NCBI GenBank assembly: GCA_038061595.1
Contig: JBBTYZ010000006.1
Coordinates: 1 to 39,484, forward strand
Reading direction: 5' to 3'
From: Patescibacteria group bacterium
GTDB lineage: Bacteria > Patescibacteriota > Minisyncoccia > UBA6257 > GWB1-50-10
DNA: 39,484 nt
A program made the position numbers and the translations under genes. Below the pieces are notes generated by a model that was not told where the DNA came from, did not search any database, and worked only from the letters and a program-made list of their open reading frames with translations. Numbering within the stretch: position 1 is the stretch's first letter; each line of letters begins with the position of its first letter. Below are positions 1 through 7,035 of the stretch, piece after piece.

Positions 1-1
1 G

Positions 2-73
2 GCAGCGGGCTTTAATGAGGGTCAGGCGACACGCATAGTTGCTGGTCAGGGGATGGGTATTAAAGGAAGCTAA
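2..73 (+). CDS. 3' end of an upstream CDS (partial, product unknown)
   Basis: Frame open from the window edge (..AAGFNEGQATRIVAGQGMGIKGS) ending at TAA 71-73, followed directly by a hairpin and T-tract. Confidence 0.3.
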   Translation, partial: AAGFNEGQATRIVAGQGMGIKGS

Positions 74-98
74 CCGCCTAGTACAGGCGGTCTTTTTG
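73..98 (+). terminator. Intrinsic terminator
   Basis: Stem accgcc/ggcggt (73-78 / 86-91), 7-nt loop, then ctttttgt. Confidence 0.6.
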
Positions 99-131
99 TA
101 AAAAACATAGAAGTGTTGTAAAAGTAAAAAG

Positions 132-1574
132 ATGTATTCTTATGATGTTTTTTTCTGGGGGGCTTTATTTTTCTTAGTAGGTATTTTGTTTAAAAGTTTG
201 GGGCTTAATTTTTCGATACTGGTTATAACTATCTTAGCCGCCGCCATTTTTTCGGCTTGGTGGTTTTTCGTGAGGCGTGCAAATTTGCTCTGGTTTGCGG
301 GGCTCACTATTTTTATTGTTTTTGGTGCCCTATATTTTTCCTGGAACGATTTTAATTTCAAAAACGAATCAAGGGTGTTATATGATGAAAAATTAAGCCT
401 TACTGGCGTAGTGGTTAACGACCCGTTAATAAAGACAAATTCTCAAGAATTCAAATTAAAACTTGTTCAGTCTTTAAAGGGTAACGTGCTCTTAAAAACC
501 GCGACTTATCCGCGGTTTCATTATGGCGACGAACTTAGAATTGAAGGCAAAATTATTAGGCCGGAGCCAGATGGTTACGCTAGTTACTTGGCCAAAGAGG
601 GAATTGTCGGCGTTATCTCTTTGCCCAAGATTGAATTAGTCTCAACTAAAAATGGTTCAAGTTTTAAGTCATCTCTTTATAATATAAAAAATAAAATAAT
701 CGATTCATTTAGGGATGTTTTACCTCAAGAGGAGGCAACATTTTTAGCGGGGCTTACATTAGGAAGCAGAAATGAGCAGTCAGATGATTTTAAGCAGGCC
801 CTAAGCTTAAGCGGAACAACGCATCTTGTGGCTCTTTCTGGTTATAACATTACCGTCATGATTTGGGTTCTTTTAAATACCCTCCTGTTTTTTCTTTCAA
901 GACGAGTTTCTTTTCCAATAATTATTTTATTTGTCATTGGGTTCGTATTAATGACCGGGGCAGAGGCTTCTGTGGTGCGAGCCGCAATTATGGCAATGCT
1001 AGTTATTTTGGCTCAAGAGTCAGGCCGCATTTTTTCTTTAAAGAATGCAATAATCTTTGCCGGATTGATTATGGTTATTATAAATCCAAAAATACTAGTT
1101 TTTGATGTCGGATTTCAACTTTCTTTTCTCGCCTTACTAGGAATAGTCTATCTGAAACCAGCATTACAAGGGTTCTTTAGAATGGGGAGTGGTTCCGGTT
1201 TTCTATCGTGGAAAGAAAACCTTATGACAACCGCGTCCGCTCAACTCATGGTTGCGCCGCTTCTGATTTCAAGTTTCTCAAGTTTTTCACTGACGTCTCT
1301 TTTGGCTAATGTAGTTATACTTGAGGCAATTCCCATAACGATGGGAATTGGATTCATGGTCGCCGTATCGTCTTTTATTTCCTATTATGTTTCTTTGATT
1401 TTCGGTTGGGTAGCGCTAATTCTATTGAGATTCGAAATTTTAGCCATCAAGTTTTTTGCAAGTATAAGCCTGCCTATAACGTCTAGCTTGAGCTATAGCG
1501 CGATAGTAATGTACTATTGCTTAATAATCGTCTTTATTTACTATGCCAGTCATGTCCGAAAATTTAAAGAATAA
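132..1574 (+). CDS. comEC: ComEC/Rec2 DNA-uptake channel, membrane (competence) part
   Basis: 480 aa polytopic membrane protein. N-terminal OB-like DUF4131-type region, then competence-domain motifs (LSGTTHLVALSGYNITV, GAEASVVRAAIMA). Confidence 0.8.
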   Translation: MYSYDVFFWGALFFLVGILFKSLGLNFSILVITILAAAIFSAWWFFVRRANLLWFAGLTIFIVFGALYFSWNDFNFKNESRVLYDEKLSLTGVVVNDPLIKTNSQEFKLKLVQSLKGNVLLKTATYPRFHYGDELRIEGKIIRPEPDGYASYLAKEGIVGVISLPKIELVSTKNGSSFKSSLYNIKNKIIDSFRDVLPQEEATFLAGLTLGSRNEQSDDFKQALSLSGTTHLVALSGYNITVMIWVLLNTLLFFLSRRVSFPIIILFVIGFVLMTGAEASVVRAAIMAMLVILAQESGRIFSLKNAIIFAGLIMVIINPKILVFDVGFQLSFLALLGIVYLKPALQGFFRMGSGSGFLSWKENLMTTASAQLMVAPLLISSFSSFSLTSLLANVVILEAIPITMGIGFMVAVSSFISYYVSLIFGWVALILLRFEILAIKFFASISLPITSSLSYSAIVMYYCLIIVFIYYASHVRKFKE

Positions 1575-2415
1575 AACACTAATAGTAATTGCAGTTTTAG
1601 TTATTTTAAATACCACTGTATTTGGCTCGATTTATTCTGACATTAAGGGGGAAAACGATTTAAAAATTTATTTTATTGATGTCGGTCAAGGAGATTCTGA
1701 ACTTGCAATTCTACCTGGTGGAGTAAAAATTTTGATTGACGGGGGACAACCGAACGGAAAGTTGCTTGAAGGTTTAGGTAAAATTCTTTCTCCAACCGAC
1801 CGGTATATTGATTTGGTAATGATGAGTCATCCGCAACTTGATCATTTTGGAGGTCTTATTGATGTTGTAAAGCGGTATAGAGTTGGGGCTTTTCTAACTA
1901 ATGGTCGCGAAGGGACAGCGCTCGCATTTGATGATTTGAAAAAGGCAATCGTCGAAAAGAATGTTCAGGTTTTAGTTTTGGCAAAAGGCGATAAGATTCG
2001 TTATCGACAGAGTCTGATAAACATAATTTCGCCGGATAGGGTCTCTTTACTAAGCAAGGAGTTAAATGACACTTCCTTAGTTGCCCTCTTGGCGAGCAAC
2101 AATTCAAAAACACTTTTCACTGGTGATATGGGGACAAATATTGAAGAAAGTATGCTTTATAGCAAATCGCTTTCGAAAATAGACATATTAAAAGTTGGTC
2201 ACCATGGTTCTAAGTATTCTTCGGCGGGCAGTTTTCTTGCCCAGCTGAATCCTAGAATATCTGTTATTGAAGTCGGTAAAAATTCATATGGTCATCCGAC
2301 AGAAGCCGCTTTAAGTCGTTTGAGTAGTTCGGGTTCTAAGGTTTTTAGGACCGACAAGGATGGCACTGTTGAAATAATCATAGATGGTAAAAACATTAGG
2401 GTGTTTAAAATCTAA
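1543..2415 (+). CDS. Metallo-beta-lactamase fold protein corresponding to the ComEC C-terminal domain, with its own N-terminal membrane anchor
   Basis: 290 aa. TM anchor LIVIAVLVILNTTVFGSI, then MBL motifs (FIDVGQGDS, MSHPQLDHFGG, TGD, KVGHHGS). Overlaps the comEC ORF by 32 nt in a different frame. An alternative start is ATG 1552. Confidence 0.8.
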   Translation: MPVMSENLKNKTLIVIAVLVILNTTVFGSIYSDIKGENDLKIYFIDVGQGDSELAILPGGVKILIDGGQPNGKLLEGLGKILSPTDRYIDLVMMSHPQLDHFGGLIDVVKRYRVGAFLTNGREGTALAFDDLKKAIVEKNVQVLVLAKGDKIRYRQSLINIISPDRVSLLSKELNDTSLVALLASNNSKTLFTGDMGTNIEESMLYSKSLSKIDILKVGHHGSKYSSAGSFLAQLNPRISVIEVGKNSYGHPTEAALSRLSSSGSKVFRTDKDGTVEIIIDGKNIRVFKI

Positions 2416-2495
2416 ATACTCGTTATTTTTTTTGACTTAAGATATTGAGGAGATATACTTAATTTTAGAATCTTAATATCTACAACGGAGGTTAC

Positions 2496-3041
2496 ATGAA
2501 GCGTTGTTTCTTTTTTCCCCTCGCGTTTTTCGCCGTATCTGCAAGCTCGTCGTTTGCCCAAGACACCGCAAGCAATGTGCCTATTTTTAGGGGATGGAAG
2601 CCTATCATAGATTCGATTTTGGTCTATGGACTTGTATCAAAAGAGGATTCTCTTATGCCGTCTGGCGTTCCGACTCATGAGGTAGATAATTGTTTCCCGC
2701 GTCTATCTGAAAACCCTTCAGGTGAACGAAGGTTGTTTGTGAACGAATGCCTATCACAAAAGTTCTATCGCATAAGCTTTGTATCCGTCGATCCAGGACG
2801 ACCGGTAAGAATAATTCTTGTTATCCTATTCACCGATGAGACTATCAATTTATCGAGAAGCGATATTAAATGCGAAGCTTGGTCAAACGAAGGCCTTTTA
2901 AGAGGAAGGCTGGATGATGTGTTTGTTATTGCTACAGAAAATAAATGCGGAACTAGTGGCGATTTTATGTATTCCCCATTCCTTTCTAAACATTTCAGTA
3001 ACACGATGAGCAGGTTTTTGAATTTTATTAATAAGCATTAG
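2496..3041 (+). CDS. Hypothetical secreted protein
   Basis: Signal-peptide-like N-terminus MKRCFFFPLAFFAVSASSSFA-QD. I recognise no family. Followed by a hairpin. Confidence 0.5.
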   Translation: MKRCFFFPLAFFAVSASSSFAQDTASNVPIFRGWKPIIDSILVYGLVSKEDSLMPSGVPTHEVDNCFPRLSENPSGERRLFVNECLSQKFYRISFVSVDPGRPVRIILVILFTDETINLSRSDIKCEAWSNEGLLRGRLDDVFVIATENKCGTSGDFMYSPFLSKHFSNTMSRFLNFINKH

Positions 3042-3050
3042 TTTCATTTT

Positions 3051-3069
3051 TGCCCGCCATTGGCGGGCA
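3051..3069 (+). terminator. Hairpin terminator (weak T-tract)
   Basis: Palindrome tgcccgcc att ggcgggca. Confidence 0.45.
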
Positions 3070-3088
3070 TTCCGATTTATAGTAGAAT
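3060..3088 (+). promoter_or_regulatory. Sigma70-like promoter of aspS (TTGGCG-17-TAGAAT)
   Basis: -35 TTGGCG 3060-3065, 17-nt spacer, -10 TAGAAT 3083-3088. Only 6 nt (tttttt) lie before the aspS ATG at 3095. Confidence 0.45.
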
Positions 3089-3094
3089 TTTTTT

Positions 3095-4483
3095 ATGCGA
3101 GTTTTAACGAGAGACATGGAAAAATATGAAGGGAAGGAAACGGTGCTGATGGGCTGGGTACAGGTCAGGCGTGACCATGGCAAGATTATCTTTATTGATT
3201 TAAGAGACAGGAGTGGTATTACGCAGGTTGTTTTTGTTCCAAAAGATGAGGTTTTATATAAAAAAGCTGAGACTCTTCGTCCTGAATGGGTCGTTCTTAT
3301 AAAAGGGAAAATAAGTAAGCGTCCTAAAGGAATGGAGAACCCTAAAGTTCCTGGTGGCAGTTATGAACTTGCCGCAACTGGTCTTGAGGTCTTGAATGAA
3401 GCCCAAACTCCGCCGATTGAAGTGACTGAAGACGGTAAGGACATAGGCGAGGAGGTAAGGATGAAATATCGTTATCTGGATTTGCGCAGGCCTCGATTGC
3501 AGGCAAATATGAGAAAGAGAGGGGAGGTCACTAAACTTATAAGAGATTTTTTGACCAACAATGAATTTATTGAAATAGAGACGCCGATTCTAACCAAATC
3601 AACTCCAGAAGGAGCAAGGGATTATCTCGTCCCGGCTCGTTTACACGCCGGTAAATTTTATGCATTGCCACAATCCCCACAACAATATAAACAGCTTTTG
3701 ATGGTCGCCGGAATGGAACGGTATTTCCAGATAGCGAGATGTTTTAGGGATGAAGATACAAGAGGCGACAGACAACCAGAATTTACTCAGCTGGATTTAG
3801 AAATGAGTTTTGTGGAGCGCGAAGATGTGATGGCTTTGAATGAAAAACTTTTAATTGAAATAGTAACAGAGCTTTATCCGGAAAAGAAAATTCAGGAAAT
3901 TCCGTTTCCTCGTTTGAGTTACGAAGAAGCGATGGAAAAATATAAGACAGAGAGACCAGATTTGAGAAAAGATAAAAATGATCCGAATCTTCTGGCGTTC
4001 GCTTGGGTTATTGATTTCCCATTTTTTGAGAAAAACGATAAGGGTGGCTGGACTTTCACGCACAATCCATTCTCTGCGCCAAAGCCGGAATTTATGGAAA
4101 ATCTCTTGGCAAAGAAAAATATTCCGGATATTTTAACGAGTCAGTATGATGTGGTTTTAAACGGTTGGGAAATCGGTGGTGGAAGCATAAGAAATCACAA
4201 ACCAGAAGCGCTCACCGCTGTTTTTGAGATAATCGGTTTTGAGAAAGATAGAATTAAAGAAAATTTTGGACACATGCTTGAAGCTCTAAGTTTCGGGGCC
4301 CCGCCACACGGAGGGATTGCTTGGGGGCTTGATAGATTGCTTATGATTCTGCAGAATGAACCAAACATCAGAGAAGTTATAGCCTTCCCTAAAACCGGCG
4401 ACGGAAAAGATTTGATGATGGATGCGCCGAGTGATGTTTCTAGGGAACAATTAAAGGAATTACACATGAAAACAGAAAAATGA
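3095..4483 (+). CDS. aspS: Aspartyl-tRNA synthetase, bacterial-type core without the GAD insertion domain
   Basis: 462 aa. N-terminal OB anticodon-binding domain and class II motifs incl. FRDEDTRGDRQPEFTQLDLEMSF and GGGSIR. PDLR runs almost directly into WVIDFPFFE. Confidence 0.92.
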   Translation: MRVLTRDMEKYEGKETVLMGWVQVRRDHGKIIFIDLRDRSGITQVVFVPKDEVLYKKAETLRPEWVVLIKGKISKRPKGMENPKVPGGSYELAATGLEVLNEAQTPPIEVTEDGKDIGEEVRMKYRYLDLRRPRLQANMRKRGEVTKLIRDFLTNNEFIEIETPILTKSTPEGARDYLVPARLHAGKFYALPQSPQQYKQLLMVAGMERYFQIARCFRDEDTRGDRQPEFTQLDLEMSFVEREDVMALNEKLLIEIVTELYPEKKIQEIPFPRLSYEEAMEKYKTERPDLRKDKNDPNLLAFAWVIDFPFFEKNDKGGWTFTHNPFSAPKPEFMENLLAKKNIPDILTSQYDVVLNGWEIGGGSIRNHKPEALTAVFEIIGFEKDRIKENFGHMLEALSFGAPPHGGIAWGLDRLLMILQNEPNIREVIAFPKTGDGKDLMMDAPSDVSREQLKELHMKTEK

Positions 4484-5067
4484 AACTAAAAGAAGAACAA
4501 ACATTAGTAATAGTTAAGCCCGATGGAGTAAAAAGAGGATTGGTGGGTGAAATATTGAAGCGCATTGAACAGCGTGGGCTTAAGGTTATCGCTCTTAAAA
4601 TGTTTTGGGCTACGAAAGAGGACTTAACGAAACACTATTCCGATTCGGATAGCAACTTGAGCACTATGGGAGAAAAAACCCTATCCACTTATCAGAAATA
4701 TGGCATGGATCCTAATAAAGAAATTGGTACAGCTGACGCTGTAAAGATCGGTAAGATGGTCCATGGTTGGATAGTAGATTTTATGGTCTCCGGACCGATG
4801 GTGAAAATGGTTGTTCAAGGACTTCATGCCGTTGAAATGGTTAGGAAGTTAGTCGGAAACACTATGCCGTCACAAGCAGAGATGGGAACGGTAAGGGGGG
4901 ACTATTCGGTTGATTCGGCTGTGCTTGCTAATGCTCAAAAAAGGGGCATCAGGAATATCGTCCATGCTTCGGGGAATATTGCCGAGGCGGAACATGAGAT
5001 TGCTCTGTGGTTCAAGCCAGATGAAATTCACGAATACAAGAGAGTTGAAGAGGATATAATGTTTTAG
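4480..5067 (+). CDS. ndk: Nucleoside diphosphate kinase (with internal insertion)
   Basis: 195 aa. Motifs LVIVKPDGVKRGLVGEI, GTVRGDY and NIVHASG (catalytic His). ATGA overlap with the aspS stop. Confidence 0.88.
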   Translation: MKLKEEQTLVIVKPDGVKRGLVGEILKRIEQRGLKVIALKMFWATKEDLTKHYSDSDSNLSTMGEKTLSTYQKYGMDPNKEIGTADAVKIGKMVHGWIVDFMVSGPMVKMVVQGLHAVEMVRKLVGNTMPSQAEMGTVRGDYSVDSAVLANAQKRGIRNIVHASGNIAEAEHEIALWFKPDEIHEYKRVEEDIMF

Positions 5068-5127
5068 CGAAATTTTATCCACACCGACTCTATTGCGTGT
5101 AAGATTCAGATGTATACTTATATTAGA

Positions 5128-5250
5128 CTCCGCTTATTAGATTCCGGATCAAATGATTCTTAAAGGGATTCCGTGGTTGTCTTGCCTCTTGGGGTAAGCA
5201 CAGGAAACCCACTTGTCTTCTTGCCGGGAATCATCTAGAGCGGGGTTTTT
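5128..5250 (+). ncRNA. Long imperfect hairpin ending in a U-tract: structured terminator of aspS-ndk, or a leader/sRNA upstream of the sigma gene
   Basis: 5128-5147 (ctccgct..tagattccgg) pairs with 5224-5245 (ccgggaatcatcta..agcgggg), enclosing ~75 nt, followed by ttttt. An internal second copy of gattccg(t)gg could pair alternatively. Confidence 0.3.
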
Positions 5251-5267
5251 GTTTGACTATTCTTTCA

Positions 5268-5299
5268 ATGGACTGCTACCCTAATGGCAGTCCATTTTT
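5268..5299 (+). terminator. Second hairpin plus T-tract just upstream of the sigma-factor RBS
   Basis: Stem atggactgc/gcagtccat (5268-5276 / 5287-5295), then ttttt. RBS gaggagg at 5306-5312. Confidence 0.45.
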
Positions 5300-5317
5300 A
5301 GTTAGAGGAGGAGAGAG

Positions 5318-5896
5318 ATGGAAAATAAGGCGTTGGAACTCCAACAGGTCAGGTTTGAAAGGATGTTTTCCGAAAGGAAACAGATGGTGGTAGCTTTAGC
5401 AAGGAATTTAGTTTTGCTGTCTGACATCAAGGATTTAATCGAACCTGAAGATTTGGTACAAGAAACTCTACTCAAGGCTTGGAATGCCTTTGATACCTAT
5501 GATCCAATCCGCAGTCAATTCTCCAGTTGGTTAATCGTGATAATGAAGAGTCTGTTCTGGAGCAAGCTTCGCGTCTATAAAAGACGAATTGGAGTTGTTC
5601 GTGTCCCTGTGAGTGAAAACGAAATCCGTTTATATGAAAACGCCTCCTCTCCGGCGCTATCAATGCCAGATACGCAACTCGTTGAAAATGAGTTGCAAGA
5701 GTCTATAGCATTTGCGTTGGGAAAGTTGTCTGTAGAACACAGAGATGCAGTTATCGCAATGGATATAATGGGACTGACATACGAAGAAGCGGGAGCACTT
5801 CTTAATATAGATTCAGGCACTGTTAAGAGTAGACTAAACCGAGCACATAAGATTCTTAAAAAAGATCCAAAACTTATTAGCCTTAACTCCGCATAA
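5318..5896 (+). CDS. RNA polymerase sigma factor, ECF (sigma-70 group 4) family
   Basis: 192 aa. Region 2-like DLVQETLLKAWNAFDTYD..FSSWL and region 4 HTH AMDIMGLTYEEAGALLNIDSGTVKSRLNRA. Strong RBS. Confidence 0.8.
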   Translation: MENKALELQQVRFERMFSERKQMVVALARNLVLLSDIKDLIEPEDLVQETLLKAWNAFDTYDPIRSQFSSWLIVIMKSLFWSKLRVYKRRIGVVRVPVSENEIRLYENASSPALSMPDTQLVENELQESIAFALGKLSVEHRDAVIAMDIMGLTYEEAGALLNIDSGTVKSRLNRAHKILKKDPKLISLNSA

Positions 5897-5916
5897 CCCC
5901 CAAAAGGGGTTTTGTT
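5896..5916 (+). terminator. Intrinsic terminator
   Basis: acccc caaaa ggggt followed by tttgttg. Confidence 0.6.
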
Positions 5917-5994
5917 GTATTATAATATAGCATAATAATATTATATTATTGTCAACTTTGACTAATTCGTCTATCTCCATAGGATGAGACGATA

Positions 5995-6987
5995 ATGGAA
6001 ACCTTGAAACCTAAAAAACTAAAAACAGGAGACATCGTGGGAGTTATATCGCCGTCTTTGCCTGTTTTCTGGAAAAAAAATCTTACTCGAGGAATGAAAA
6101 ATTTGGAATCCCTTGGGTTCAAACCAAAATTAGGAGCAAAGGCCTTAGAGGTTCATGGAGGTTATCAAGCCGGTACCAAGGACGACCGTTTGAGCGATTT
6201 TCATGCTATGTTTTTAGACGATGAAGTTGAAGCGATATTTTGTGCAGGAGGGGGATATTCTTGCATACAGATGCTTCAGGGAATAGATTGGGATCTTATA
6301 GAAAAACATCCCAAGATATTTATAGGCTATTCGGACATAAGCACGCTCTTGAACCCAATAAACAAAAAAACTGGATTAATAACTTTTCACGGGCCTACCG
6401 TTGAGGGTGGTCTTTCCTCGGATTTGGGAATGCCGCTTAGTAAGGGCAAGAAGTTCATGATAAAAAGCATGAAAAACGCCTTAATGAAGGGAGAGAAAGG
6501 TTCACTGCCAAGTTTCACTGAGTGGAAAGTTCTGCGTCAAGGAAGAGCTGAGGGCCAGCTTGTTGGCGGTAACCTAGACGTGCTTACAAGCCTTCTGGGA
6601 TCTCCATATGAGCCAGAGTGGGATGGGAAAATATTATTTTGGGAAGATACCGGTTTAACGATAGAAGATTTGGATAATTTCTTGTGGCGTTTAAGGATAT
6701 CCAAGGTTTTTAAGAAAATTGAAGGCATGATAGTGGGTAGGATAACGGAGTTAAATTCCATAGACGATGAAACCGAAGGTTGGGCCAATTTAGACAAAGC
6801 GCCTTTAATCGAAGATGTCATTCTGCAAGCCACTGAAGGCTATAACTTCCCAATATTGTATGGAGCCGATTTTGGACACAACGTACCTTTAATGACTCTA
6901 CCGATTGGCGCAAAAGCACTATTGGATTGTCCTAAATTAGGACGAGTAGGAAAAATATCTATATTGGAAAAATATCTTAGCGACTAA
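5995..6987 (+). CDS. ldcA: LD-carboxypeptidase (peptidase S66, LdcA/MccF-like)
   Basis: 330 aa. GDIVGVISPS, nucleophile motif FIGYSDISTLL, C-terminal GADFGH. Confidence 0.8.
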   Translation: METLKPKKLKTGDIVGVISPSLPVFWKKNLTRGMKNLESLGFKPKLGAKALEVHGGYQAGTKDDRLSDFHAMFLDDEVEAIFCAGGGYSCIQMLQGIDWDLIEKHPKIFIGYSDISTLLNPINKKTGLITFHGPTVEGGLSSDLGMPLSKGKKFMIKSMKNALMKGEKGSLPSFTEWKVLRQGRAEGQLVGGNLDVLTSLLGSPYEPEWDGKILFWEDTGLTIEDLDNFLWRLRISKVFKKIEGMIVGRITELNSIDDETEGWANLDKAPLIEDVILQATEGYNFPILYGADFGHNVPLMTLPIGAKALLDCPKLGRVGKISILEKYLSD

Positions 6988-6988
6988 A

Positions 6989-7016
6989 ACCCCGATTCGT
7001 TGAGTCGGGGTTTTTT
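6989..7016 (+). terminator. Intrinsic terminator
   Basis: aaccccga / tcggggtt stem followed by tttttt. Confidence 0.65.
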
Positions 7017-7035
7017 GTTTGCTATTCTTAAGGTT

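Noticed and set aside
140-361. Antisense and shadow ORFs of 60-145 aa throughout the track (e.g. 140-361 -, 1898-2113 -, 16341-16661 -, 20845-21192 -, 25628-26062 -, 31756-32109 +, 38997-39206 -, 39249-39479 -)
   Set aside because: All lie fully inside well-supported conserved genes on the opposite strand or in another frame. They have low-complexity or atypical composition and no independent signals.
5128-5250. SRP (4.5S) RNA identity for the long hairpin downstream of ndk
   Set aside because: It contains an AAGCA string, but it lacks the GNRA-capped helix 8 with the conserved AGG / GGAAGCAGCC-type loops in the proper arrangement.
7000-7035. Longer N-termini given by the ORF track for metG (7000), rpsJ (17225), rplN (22353), rplX (22708), rplE (23006), rplO (25416), VKOR (10232), the S41 peptidase (8769) and the post-secA membrane protein (38683)
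   Set aside because: The extensions run through upstream terminators or the 3' ends of upstream genes, and they add residues not found in the conserved families. Internal ATGs give canonical N-termini and typical stop-start spacing or overlap.
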